Part shown: positions 27,190 to 40,052 of the stretch, in pieces | How positions within the stretch are numbered: the first letter of the stretch is position 1 | Layout of the letters: every line of letters starts with the position of its first letter | Assembly: GCF_009914755.1 (NCBI RefSeq) | Contig: NC_060947.1 | DNA length: 64,000 nucleotides | Strand: one strand, 5' to 3' | Source: the human T2T-CHM13v2.0 reference genome, Homo sapiens | Notes under the pieces: model-generated | Told to the model about the DNA's origin: nothing | What the model saw: the letters and a program-made list of their open reading frames with translations, nothing else | Database searches by the model: none | Program-made: the position numbers and the translations under genes

Positions 27190-27490
27190 ATTTCTTATTT
27201 TCACTTCCCAAACCACAAAGCTCTGAAAACCAAAAACGTTCTCATAAGTTTGACATTAAAACTCAGTTTAACTTATATTATAATAGTCTTTCTTTATCCC
27301 ACTTAGTGTGAATATTCATATATTTCATGACAAAAATATTAATGTATTTGATAATGGGGAGCTATACTGCAACCTGCTAGAGGTGTTATGTGATATTGGC
27401 AAATACACATGATTACCTTGATAAAATTCCCCAAATTCTTAATTTCGAAACATCTGGCCCTAAGGATTTGAGATAAGGCACTTTAACCCT
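27190..27490. mobile_element. DNA-transposon (Tigger-like) remnant
   Basis: aaagctctgaaaaccaaa ... gaaacatctggccctaaggatttgagataagg terminal-like motif. Confidence 0.45.
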
Positions 27491-28009
27491 TTAAGATCTA
27501 GGGATGGGGAGGTGGTAGATACCCTACCTGAGTTGGCCAGGAACAGAAGAAACCACTCAGTGAAGGGAGTAGGCATTCAAGTCTTTAGAGAGAGAGGGCT
27601 TGCTCAGGTTCAAGCCAAGGAAATCCAGTTGGGTCACTCAGCCATTAGTCCAAAAGGAAGGAACAGGGCTGCAAACAGAAGACGGAATAAAGACTCAGGA
27701 GAAAGATGGAACTGAAATGGAACAAGAATAGTTTGAGAATGGGGAAATGAGAGGGAACTAGAAAGTAGCAGGAACAAGGTGTCTTTGACTCCAGTCAATT
27801 GGCTGGTGGCTGTTAGGTACCAACTGGGGTCAGGTTAGCTTTAAATTTGGAAGATTGTGACAGGCAGATACTGAGAGAAATGAGACACAAACTCTCGTCC
27901 TCTCTTTGCCAAAAGTCTAGAATCTGCAGGGTCCTGAGAGAATGGATAGGAATTGGAGTTGCATTAGTCTGAAACAAAGATTTAGCTTTGACTTTTTTCA
28001 ATCTCTGCA

Positions 28010-28975
28010 TTTTTAAAGCTTTATTTTTTAAATTGTGAAATATGCCACACATAAAGAAAAGTGCATAAATCATAAATGCACAACTTGTTCAATGAAACAC
28101 CCATATTAATCATTACCCAGTTAAAAATAGAATATTATCAGCACTCCAATGCCCAACTTGTGTCCTTTCCCTAATCATAACTCCTTTCTCCCCTACTAAA
28201 AGGTAACAACTTTTCTGACTTTTCCAAAAATCACTTCCTTGCTTTTATTTAGACTTGTACACCTTAGCATGCATCACTAAACATTATAGCTTTGCCAGTT
28301 ACTGACTTTTATGTAATAATTCAGTATGTACGCTTTTGTTTCTGGCTTCTTTCATTCAATATTATGTTTGTGAGATTAATCCATGTTGTTGCATAAAACT
28401 GATATTGTTCCTTCTCAATGCTGTATAATATTCCCTTTTGTGAATATGCCACAACTGAGTTAACCATTCTACTGCAGATGGGCATTTTCAGTTTGGGACT
28501 GTTTGACTAACACTATTATGGTTATTTTTGTTTGACTTTTGGTGCACATGTCCCTGCATTTCTGTTAGTAGTGGAATCACTGAGTCGTAAGCACGTGTTC
28601 CATTTGCTAGATGCTGCCAGTTTTTCAAAGTTTGTATCAATTTGCACTCTTCCATTGTGCCAAATCATTATTAACAGTAAGTATTGTCAGAGTTTTACAT
28701 TTTAATCACTCTGGTGGGTGTGCAGTGGTATCTCATTGTGGTTTGATTTGCAATTCTCTGGTGACTAATGAGGTTGAGCATCTTTTCATATGTTCATTGG
28801 CCTTTTGGATATACTCTTTTGTACAATTCCCATTTAAGTCTTTTGTCCATTTTATCCTACTAGATTGTCCTTTTCATATTCATTTCTAGGAGTTCTTTAT
28901 ACATTCTAGATGCAAGCTCTCTGTTATATGTGGTACAAATAAATTTTCCAACACTGTGGCTTCCCATTTAATGCT
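28010..28975 (-). mobile_element. L1ME-like fragment
   Basis: ggtatctcattgtggtttgatttgcaattctctggtgactaatgaggttgagcatcttttcata. Confidence 0.8.
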
Positions 28976-29279
28976 TTTTGAGTCTCATTTTCTTCCTCTA
29001 ATTTCCATCAAGCTTCCCAGGCTCAAATGTCCCCCATTTTGCTAAGGTTCTAACAAGCTCACCTGGGCCCTGAGGGATAGCTCAGTAAGGCTGCAGGGCT
29101 GTTCTCTCCACCTTCCCTTCCTTCTTCCCTCCCACTTATCTGCCCTGTCTCTCTCTCTCCCTTCCCTCAAATTTTGCCCATTCTTGGGGGGCTGCTTATT
29201 ATTCACAGGATGGATAGAAACAACCTTCTTTTAGCCATGGTGCCAAAACTGTCAGATTTGCCAAGTGCTATTAATACGT

Positions 29280-29450
29280 CAGAAAACCTTCACTCTGGAA
29301 AGCGCTTGGAGATTATGTAGTTCTAATGATGAGGAATCAAAAGCTCAGAGAAATTAAGCGGCTTGTCCATCATACTGCAAGTTAGTGGCCAACTTAGGAC
29401 TAGAACTCAGGTCTCTTGCATGCATGCCCCAGCTTTTTCCACTCCATTAT
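29280..29450 (-). mobile_element. MIR
   Basis: gatgaggaatcaaaagctcagagaaattaagcggcttgtcc. Confidence 0.65.
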
Positions 29451-32400
29451 GCTAAGAAAGACCAGAGCACACAGCTGCACATTGGCGGGGGCATTTTTTT
29501 CTTCTTCTGAAAATAAGTGCTGTCTGTGTCTGTGTAACAACGCAATCGGTAGAGACTATGGCTCATGTCTGTCTGGACCCAGGTTGAGAGATCACATCAC
29601 CTCTGCTACTTTCCCATCTCCTGGCTGTCAAAGCCTGAAGGACAACAAATGGCTTGAGTAATGAGATGAGTTAAGATAGTGTCTCCCACGCTGAGTTATG
29701 TGCCAGTTCAGGACTACAGGATTCTGCCACAATCCATTTACACAAGAAATTAAATTGAAGATCGCAATGTAATATTCATATATTAAATCCTGGCGGACAA
29801 TCAAAGTAATTAAGGCCAAATGTTCTGAATCATCCTGTGGCATCATGAACATTCTATTGCTGGGTTTTTAGAAGGACTTATTTCTACAACCAATTATCTT
29901 GGAAATCATTAAACCTCCTTTGGAATGTGAGTAATTTGAAAGCCACCATGATACCCAGTGCTACTCAAACCACTTTGCCCCCATAAAAGAATAACTCTGC
30001 TACATAGGAGTGCTGGGTGGGTAAGGAAAATCTGATTTTCAAGAAGCTAAGTTTAGGGGATAGGAACCAGTCTCCGACCACCCCCCTCCCTGCATTGTGT
30101 TTTTCAAAAGGAGTGGCTATATTTCATCCTAAATTGAAGCAGTTAACTGATGCAGGCTACCAGGCTAATCCCAGCTACAGACTGATCTGCTTGCAGTGTA
30201 GTTCTGTGGTTCTCACAAATACATTCTACTGATTAAAACAAAACAAAACAAAACAGAGTCTGGAGAAAGAGGATGGCTCCGTCTAGCCCCACAATGATGA
30301 ATAGGGTTGACCTTCAGACCTTCCCCAACACTCCCCACCATAGACCACTCGTCTCTTAAAGCTTCTCCACATACCCTCATCTCTTAGTCCCTGTTCTTCT
30401 CAGCTTCCCTTTGTCCACACCTCTGTTATGCCACTCATCATAAAGTCCTCGAGTTATTTGTTGGCTCCCCTTCTGGAGCGTAAGCCCTTCAAGGGCAGGG
30501 GCTATGCTCTAATCTTTCCAGTGTTCCCACTCGTGGCCCAGTGCACGCATCAGAGAAGGTGCTTTGTGTATGGTTGGTGCATGTATGAAAGTCTAGATAT
30601 ATAAAAGACAAATGATCAAGAGAACTCACAAACATACACGAATGTATCTCTGTTTGGGAATGACAGGCTTAGTGTCATGGCAGCATCAAAGAGAGGAACC
30701 AATCTTCCTTTCTCTTCCAGTAAATGTTTTAATTCTCTCCAAAATACAATGCTCTCAAACCATCACCAACAAATAAAACTCTATCATGGAGAATGTGTAA
30801 CTAAAAGATAAACAAAAAGTATTAAATTAACTTGTACTTTTTCAGAGTTGTACTTAGGAAACAATCAAGTTATTTTACCTGAACTAATTATACGACTTCT
30901 TTGCATCTTGAATACTGTATACAAAAAAAGGTCTCTGATTCATCAGTTTTGCCAGTGGGAATAATTAAAAGTGTGCATATACAGTAATATTCCTACGAAA
31001 TTATTTCTTCTCATAAATATTTATCCATAGCCTAAGTTTGTTGATGCTGAGCGGCATCAATATTTCTTGACTTTGGTTCACATACTGCCCCCTTGACTGT
31101 ACCACAATTCTGATTCACAAATGAGATTCTTGGGAGATATTGGACTGTATCTTGTTCATGTCTATATTCTTAGTTCTAGCACAGAGCTTGGCACAGAGTA
31201 TGCACTCTCTGTAGAATGAACGAATGAATGAAATACTAAGTGAGGCAGTAGCCTTCAGGGATGATTTGTATCAAAGTGAAGTTGTACAAAGCAAGACCCA
31301 TTCACTGCTATTCTCTTTGTGACCCGTTGGCTACAGCATCCCTGAGCTTTTAGGGCAACCCGATCCACCCACCCAACCAGCATGCCCCTTTCAAAGGCAG
31401 TCGTGCTACCCCTCCATGTGCCCAGCACTAGCCAGAGAGGTTGGTGCAGTCTGTGTGCCAGCCCAAGCCAGGTGGACACAGCGACAACCACCTGTGGCTT
31501 TCCTGGGTGGGCATCTTGAGCCTACATGTTTCACGTCATCATGCACCTACCAGTCAGTGCTGGAAACTGCACCAAGAAATATTGATACTGCACAAAATCA
31601 ATAAACTGGGGCCATGGCTAAATACTTATTGGGGCAGACAGTGACGCCGTTTGCTCAGAAAATTCAATCAAGTTCTGTGCAATTACTGCGGGTTTAGATT
31701 CGAACAAATTAGCTGTTAGTCATAGAATTTCAGAATGTCAGAGCTGAAAGGACCCTTAGAATTCATCTGGCTCTGTGTAACCCCGAGGTTTTCAAGCTTC
31801 GCTTTCGCAAGAAACACTTTTTAACCAAGGAAATCTTATGACGTTCGTCTTATTCAAGTAGGGGTGCGGATCCTGATGCATAGCCTCCCCTTCTCAACTG
31901 CTTCAAACTGCAGAGGTGAAAAGGAAGGTCCAGTAAAGTTAAGGAGGATCGTGGCATACTAGGGGCAAAAAGTTCCAGTCTTGGAGTAAGTGTCAAGACA
32001 GACTGCAACTCTGTCTTAGCCAAGGGCCTGATATTCAGCCATTTACACTCATGCCTGAAGGGGTCTTTTGGATATGATCATTTAAACTGATGAGAGACGT
32101 GTGTTCCTAGGAGGGGAGACACAGTGACTAACAGACCCTAGCAGGAGTGAGTTTATTTAAATGAAACACACTGCTACCAACCTTCGCAAAGCCTAAAGGA
32201 AAATCCCAAGGGCAGGAGACCCAGAATGGTAAATGCCCATTATTAGAGTATTTCACAAAGGCAAAGAGAAGAGAGGAGGAACGGAGCTAGGCCAAACCTC
32301 CTCCTCCCATCCTGGCGGATATCTGCTTGTGTACCTGTCTATTCATGTGTCCATCTTTTAAGATGCCTTTATGTCATCTTCTGCAGTGGTATATCTAGTT

Positions 32401-32639
32401 CCTTGTCAGTTTCTGCCTGAGGCCCATTCTTGTGTTCAGGTTGGCTCTCTCTACTGTGAGTCTGTCGCTGCCTACATCTCAAGTCTTTCAGCTCCTCTGT
32501 GTCCAGATGTACTATTTTTCATGTGCTTATTTGCCTCAGAATGTGTGTCTGTGTCTGACTGATTTTATCCCACAAGAATGGCTAACAGTGAAAGTGGGAG
32601 GGAGGGAGGAAAAAACTGTTTCTGGTCCTCCTAAAGACT

Positions 32640-33440
32640 TCAATCTCCTCTTCTATGTTTCTTAACTTTTTTCACCTATTTTTTTCCCAGTATTCATATC
32701 TCCCTCATCCCTTTTTCTTTCACTGTGTTCCTTTATCTCTGGTTGTTCTATTTTTCTGTTTCTCTGTATACTTTTCTTTTCTATTTTATTTGTTTCTTCC
32801 CCTTTCTCTTCCCCTATTTGTTTTCTCTCTAGATTTGTCTTTCCCCATATATTTCCCCTTTTCTTATTTTTTTCTTTCTCTATATACCTTTCCCATTTTT
32901 GGGGATTCTTTCTGAGTCTGCTTTTTTCTTTCTTTCTTTCTTTGCTTTTTTTTTTTTTTTGACAGTGTTTCACTTTGTCACCCAGGCTGGAGCACAGTGG
33001 CATGATCATAGCTTGCTGCAGCCTTGACCTCTTGGGCTCAAGCAATCCTCTTGCCTCACCCTCCTGAGTAGCTAGAACTATAGGTGCATGCCAACATGCC
33101 TTGCTAATTAAAGAAAAATTATATTGACAGAGTCTTGCTATGTTGCCCAGGCTGGTCTTTAATTCATGGGCTCAAGTGATCTGCCCACCTCTGCCTTCCA
33201 AAGTGCTGGGATTACAGGCGTGAGCCACCGCACCCAGCTAGTTCTTTCTCTTTCTTCTTTTCCTCTTAGCTCCTATTTCTGGGTTTCTCTTTTAACTGTA
33301 TTCCTCTTCCTCCATGTGTCTCTTTTCTGTGATCCTTTATTTATTTTATTCATTTTCTTTCCCTGTCTTTTTTATCCCTTTCTCCATGTCTTGTTTTTCT
33401 ATTTCTCTTTCTCTTGCCCATTCTTCTCATCTCTCTGTCA
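32640..33440. repeat. Long T/C-rich low-complexity tract surrounding the AluJ
   Basis: About 300 nt left and 200 nt right of the Alu are almost all pyrimidine on the + strand. Confidence 0.8.
32945..33239 (-). mobile_element. AluJ-type element
   Basis: Poly-T, gtcacccaggctggagcacagtggcatgatcatagct, gggctcaagcaatcctc, caaagtgctgggattacaggcgtgagccacc. Confidence 0.9.
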
Positions 33441-33979
33441 GTAGCTCCTTGTGTATGAATCTGTCAGCCTCTTTTCTGCTTTGTTCTCCCCAAAGATGCT
33501 TCAAGCATCAGGAGGAGGAAGGAGTTACTCTTTTCTGCCCTGGGCTGGACTGTGGGTGGGTGGGGTTCATTATCTGTCTTTTCACTCAAGGATGGGTGGG
33601 GTCGTTTGCTGCTCCCTGGAACCTAACCAACACATCCTTGTTCCCCGCCCCCAAGACCCCATCTGCAGAGTCACACTGCGACTCCAGCTGCTGCGCTGCT
33701 TGCATTCCCTGCACGTCCCATGCAGAGTGATGAGCCCCCAGGTGCAGTGGGAGAATTCATCAGCCACCTGACAGGGCTAACAATTTACTCCTGAGAAATA
33801 ATCCATATCCAGATAATGGATCACCCCTGACTCCCTGAGACCATTTGTCTTGGCACTTAAATGGCACCAGAATCCAGGGGCAGAGCCAGGCACTCTATCC
33901 CAGGTTCATTGGTAGATGAATAGGCTGGAATAATAATGTTAAGGATTATGATAAGGAACACTTTGCATTTGCATGGTGC

Positions 33980-34485
33980 TTTTTTAAAACTCTATAGATT
34001 TGGAAGAGATTAACCTTCCTTGGCTCATATCTTTTGCATCTCACACACTGTGGACCCTGCTTGCAGATTCAGAAAAAGGGGAATTTTAGTGACTCACCCA
34101 GACTCATCTAGCCTGTTACTGGCAGAAATTGGAGGAAAACTATTTCCTGACTTCCTGAGACTCTTTCCTCTGAATGCTACACGGCCTTCCAATCTCTGGG
34201 TCCCACTGTTTGTATCCAAGAAATGGAAGCTGATACTAAGAGACAGTATACTGGAGAGGTTCATAGATCTGGCTTTGAATCCTGGCTCTGCATTAGCTAG
34301 GCTAATGCAGGCTGCTTACTCACTTAGAAATTCTACTTTAAAGATCCTCCTCTTTAAAGTGGGGATCCAAATAAACCTTCCTCGTAGGACTATTATGAGA
34401 ATGAAGAGAAATTATGCATGCAAAGTGCTTATTATAGTGCCTTCCTTATAGTAAAAGCTCCATGAATGTTAGCTGTGATTATTAC
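33980..34485. mobile_element. Two MIRs in opposite orientation
   Basis: gtgactcacccagactca (minus); ggctttgaatcctggctctgc...gcaaagtgctta (plus). Confidence 0.55.
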
Positions 34486-35639
34486 TACTGCCTGTCTCTT
34501 TGCAGGATGCTAAGTGAACTCATACAAATGCATGAGAAAATTGGTCTAGAGGAGGGGAAGAGATAATTGGTGGCTTCCACATAAGTGTCCCTGAGGCCAT
34601 TGATGGGGGAAGGGACGAGGAAGAGTGAATTCTGATTGCGGGAGGAACTACGGATTCTGCTTGGGGTGGGAGGTCCCGCCAGCTCTGGGAACAGGCAAAG
34701 AGAAGGAAGGAGATTGGGGATTTGTGTTCAGGCTCCAAATGTATTTCATTGCTCAGCAGGATCAATTGTTGGCCTTCAGTCCCAGCCAGCTAAGGTTCCC
34801 GTTCTCAGGGTCTCAGCTGTTTCTGTTTCCCTGGGGTGGTTCTCTTTCCCAAAAGCTGGACAGAGGAATATTTCTTTGGGGGAATATTGAAGCCCAAAAG
34901 ATTTTGTGGAAGGCCAGCACAAACGAAAAAAATGAATTCTTGTGCAGGAGCCTTTTGCGTAAACAGGAGTTCACTGTACGAATGTAAAAATAATATTAAT
35001 ATTCCCAATAATAACAGTAATGATCAATCTTTAAAGCTTGTTCTATGGAGTGCCACTGCCAGAGGTTGACACATCATCTCAGATGGTGCGAAACATCCCC
35101 AGGGTCCATCTGCATGCAGAATCACAGCCCACATTCTTCTCCCCGTTTACGGAGACCTCACCCTCCCAGAGTCACACACATAATTTAGTCTTCGGTGAAA
35201 TGATTCTGACGCTATAGAGGCTCCCTGGAGAATGGATGCTGTGCGGAGGCGGGCAGTGTGGGCTCCTGACTTCAAGCTGCAGGAAGGCGAGGAATTGATA
35301 CATCTCCTAAGCTCCAAGGGCTCAACTCCTTTGGAGATCAGAAGGGCTTTGTCAAAGCCTGACGGTTTATTAATAATTCTCTCAACTGAAGAGAGCCCCA
35401 TGCTTATCAATTGACAAGTATTTAGTGAGGACCCTCTGTAGGGGAGCTAAAGAGGTTTGGCAGAGCTGACAATGTGGTTGAGGAGACAGACCACAGACAT
35501 AGAAAGATTATTGACAATAAAAGCAGTCCCTTCAACAAAGAGATGCTAGCAGCTGAAGCATCTCAGCTGGAAAAAAATGTAGAGTCAGGAGATTTGACCT
35601 CACAATCTCTCTGAGACTTGGTTTCCCTATCCTCTTAGA

Positions 35640-36420
35640 AAGGCAGTCTGGTATCACTTAAAGAATATTCACTTTGGAGTCAGACCAACCTGATTTAAAA
35701 TTTCAGTTACCTCACAAACTAACTAGGGGTCATTGAACCAGTTACTTAACTCCTATGAGGCACAATTACCTTATGTATAAATTGAGATATAATAATAGCC
35801 CCCACCTCATAGTGTTGTGGTGAGAATTAGATGAAAGCACACATGTAAAATGCTAAACATAATGCCTGGCACATGGTAAACATTTAATAATCTGTTCTTC
35901 TTATTATAATATGCAGGGAGAAAGGCAGAGAATGTTTGGAAATAGAAGGGTTTTATTTTCCTCTTCAGCTTTTTATATGCATGACATTAAATTTCATACA
36001 AATGCAAACCAAAAAATACTCATATGTAAACAATAATTATAATATCACTGTATGATACCTTTTATATGCCTCCCCAGTATTGCTCACTAAATTTTGTATG
36101 ATCAAATTTACAGAACAATGAAATAGCAGAGGAGGCAAATTATATGCTCCTTGTGATCTTGAATTCCTTTCTGAGCTTCAGTTTTCCCATCTGTATAATG
36201 TGGCTAAGAACACCTACTTCACAGTGCTGTTGTGAAAATTAAATTAAAATATGTATTAAGCACTTAGCACAGAATAGGCAGAAAACAAACATTAGCTCCC
36301 TCCTCTTCTCTCATCTATAAAAATGAGAATAAGAAAAAATTATCCTCACAGGGTTATGATGAGGATGAAGACAGGCAAATATACAGGAAATGCTTGTAAA
36401 CTGTAAAATCCCCCATAATA
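35640..36420 (+). mobile_element. Cluster of MIR fragments
   Basis: ctttggagtcagacc...gttacttaactc, ctgagcttcagttttcccatctgtataatg. Confidence 0.7.
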
Positions 36421-36479
36421 GTCTTTACAGAACATTTGAAATGTACCAGGCATTGTGCAATTAACAAACGTTAATCAAT

Positions 36480-37700
36480 TAGGTAAACATTACTTAAGTG
36501 TCTACTATATGGAGGACACTATTTTAGGTATTGTGAGCCATCCAGAGAGATAAGGGCCATCAGAGTAGATGAGCCCCTCCACATAAGAATAGAGCGTTGA
36601 GGACAGGACCTGAGCAATGCTCCCATTTAGGGTACCAAACGAGAATGCAGAGCCAGAAGGAGAAATCAGAGGTAAGAACACCAGTATAGCAGTGTCCGCA
36701 GAGCCAAGGGAAGAGTGAGTTTCAATAAATAGAGACTTACAATGTAGCATTCTGCAGAGAATGAAAATCAAAATAGGACAGAGATGTGTCCCCTTGGAGC
36801 AGGCCTCCAAAAAAAACATTCGTAACTGCTTTGAGAGGGGCTGTGTGTGTCTGCACGTGCATGCACGCACGTGCATGTATGGAGGGGGTAGGAGCCATCT
36901 TGCCGTGGATGGCAGGTATGTTTGGGGAAACGTAAGGTGAGCATATCTAGAATACTCTTTCAAGGTGTTAAGGACTAAGGCTGAGAAAGGAAGCATGGAT
37001 GATAGCTAGAAGGGGACGCCGGGTTGAGGGAAGACTGTTTCCATATAGGAACGTTTCAATGTTTTTGTGGGCTACAGGGAAGAAGAAGCCCACAGGGAAA
37101 GAAAAGATGAATAAGTAGATGACAGAGAGGATTACTGAACAGACAGAAGAAGAATTCTGAGAGATGAGACCTGGGAGGTTTGGCTGAGAGCAGAGGAGTT
37201 TTCAATTAATAAGGAGAAAGAGATCATGGGGTAGCAAATGGCTGTCAAGTAGCCAAGAGGGCTGAGAGTTGACAAGGAGCCATTGCATCTAGAATTAGGA
37301 AGGCCTCAAGAGTGGAAGTGGAGTGGGAAGAGGTAAAATAGTGAGTTGATGGTAGACACTACACATTTGAGAAGTTTTGCAGACCCAGGAGCAGGTAGAA
37401 CAAGGCTAAGGGAGAGATTATGCTTTACGGGGAGGTTTGAGATGTGTGTAGGAAGGAAGGAGTTAGCGGAAGAGAAGAGGCTGAAGGTAGAAGAGGGTCA
37501 GAGGTTTCTTGGTGGCTGAGGTGGCAGCAGCAGAAGGGGCCGAGCTTCAGAACACTAGTGAGGAGAACCCCAGAGAGGATCCCTTTTTTCCTTTGAGGTG
37601 GGAGGAAAGGACAAAAAAGCCAGAGGAGCCGACGTTCTGCACTTGGTCCTTGAACCTGGCCTTGGGCACTAATATCACCACTGTTGACCCCATAACTTTC
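36480..37700 (-). mobile_element. Degenerate L2
   Basis: Purine-rich L2 antisense sequence (gcagagccaagggaagagtgagtttcaa). Confidence 0.55.
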
Positions 37701-39926
37701 AGGGCATCTCATGATCACTGAGTAGATTTGAGGGACTGTCTCTGAGGACAGCAAGGTGTGTGATTTGGAGAATATACTGGCGGCTCTTTCCCTAGGGAGA
37801 TGGCAGAGAGCTGTAGCCCCAGTCCCAGGATACAAGGCCCCAGAGCCTGGCCCAGTGAGGAGGGCCTACAGTCCATGACCTATATCCATGTTACACAATC
37901 TCTTCCTTCCCTGTCACTGAAATTGCCACCCCAGAGCCAATCTTAAAAATGAAGTCAGGGTCCACAGTCACTCAGAGACTTAAATGTTCCTGTTATTTGC
38001 TAAGGCACTAGGGACCCAGAGTCCTGTGATCTGGCCAGAAATTTCCTTATTAGGGGCAAAAGGAAGGGCTTTCTGAATATAACCTGGTCTTCCCCTCTTC
38101 AACATGTGTGCACAGCCTGCCAAATGCGTCAAATGGCCGTCCTGCCACTTGACCCAGCCTCAGCTACAGCCCCTCTTCTCCAGCATGGCTGCTCTCTGGT
38201 CATAGGCAGATGCATCTCTGATGGCACCTTCCTGCCTTACCGCTTAGTTTTCAATCTCATAACTCTCCTGGGATCTGGGGGGTGGAACAGCAGGACGGTT
38301 ATAAGCCCTGGGTGCTTGAAAGCAGGAGAGGGTTTTGGGCCACAGAAGTCAGGAGAGGGGGTCCTTGGGTGGGGGCCAGACCCAAAGTAGCTCAGAAGTT
38401 AAAGTCAGTCCTTGGTATCTTTTGTCCCAGGGTCAATTTTGGTGTTCACATACCAATCTTATGGCTCCTGGGATGGAGGAATACAGGGAGGGAAGGGCAA
38501 ACAGCCCCTTAGTTAGGGAAACCTAGGGCTCTGGAGCTAGCCTTGCATCTTTGTTTAAGGTGTGGGTTGTCCCAGGATTGAGTTATAATGGAGAAAGACC
38601 TATTTGCATTGACAAATGGCACTTAATGAAGGGAATGATTAAAAGCGAGGGAAGCTACAGGCTCAGAAATGTCAGCGGTTGTTGTACAAGAGAATTCTTT
38701 TATTGCACTTTCCTCTCCCCCTTCTCCCTCGTCCTTTTTCTTCCCTCCCGCTATTGCTCATCTTCCTTCTTCTCCTCTGCCCTCCTCCTGCTTGCTCCAT
38801 CCACCTCCACCCACAGCAACTGATGTGATTTCTCATGATCTACAGTCAAATGCCATTAATCCCGACAGACTCACGAGGGTCCAGCTAAGCTGTCCCATGA
38901 ACCAATCCTGTGAGAAGACAGACCAGGGTACGCAACGGGCAGGCAGCCCCCCCACCCCGCCCCCTCACGAGTAATGGCAGATAAACCAATAAACCAGAGT
39001 GGCTGCCCCTAAAATAATCAATAAATCACTTGGGGTCCAAGAGAGGTGGAAAGCTCCCCAGCAAACAGTGCTCAGGATATTTTCCATTACCTTCTCTGCC
39101 TTGAATGTCCATGGCACGCTAGCCGCGTGGGCCAGGACTGACTCTGCTCTCAAGGTGCCGCTCCCAGATTCCGCCTGGCCCTCTCAGTTTCAGAGGGAGG
39201 TAATTCATTCCAGTGGGATGTGACAGGTGCCATCTTCAGGCGCCCGGCTCTGCTCCCAGCAGCAGGGACTGTCACTGACTGCAAATCCCCCAAGTGCCAC
39301 GCTGGTCTGAAGAAAGCAAGCCCTGGGGTGGGCAGATGACCTTTCAAGAACCCAGGAAGCCAAAGTGGGATAGCAGCATGATGTAATGGACCGAGCCCTG
39401 GACTAGGATGCTGGACACCTGGCTTTTAGTCCCTTTTCAGCCACTAACTTGCTAGATGATGTTGGGTAAGTCACTTTCCCTTTCTGGATCTCAGTGTCCC
39501 CTTCCCACCAGCCCCCGTGATGTGAAGAGGTTGGACTAGATTATCTCTAATGGCACTTTCAACCCTGATAAGCAAGTTTTGAAATTAAAGAAAAAATTAT
39601 TTTTGGAAAATTGCCAGCTCTAATTAGAATTTGTTTAAGGACTCCTCTCAGGCTCTAATTTAAGCTGCTTTACCATCAAATCCTTCACCCTAAACTCCCA
39701 TGCAGTACAGGCAGCCACTTACCAGCACCCAAGCTCCATCTAAGACATCACAACCACTCACAGGTGTAGCCTTCCCCTCCTGCAGAGCTAGTTCTGTGTT
39801 TGGGGCTGGGTCATCCTGATAGGGTCCTGAGGTAGAGCCCCATGAGATGCATGCACCACTAACACTCAGATTTTAGCGTAGACCAGTGGGGTGGCTGCCT
39901 GGGAGGAGATTCTCCTTAACTTATAC

Positions 39927-39927
<1 letters not shown>

Positions 39928-39963
<36 letters not shown>

Positions 39964-40052
39964 CATAATAGCACAATAAATTATCTCTATCTATATATAT
40001 ATATATATATAGATAAAGGGAGAGAGAAAGAGAGAGTCATATATATATATAT
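39928..40052. repeat. (TG)n, (TA)n and (GA)n microsatellite cluster
   Basis: About 16 TG units from 39928, followed by TA and GA runs. Confidence 0.92.

Noticed and set aside
32655-33730. Phe/Leu-rich, membrane-protein-like ORFs
   Set aside because: They are translations of the T/C-rich tract and the AluJ.
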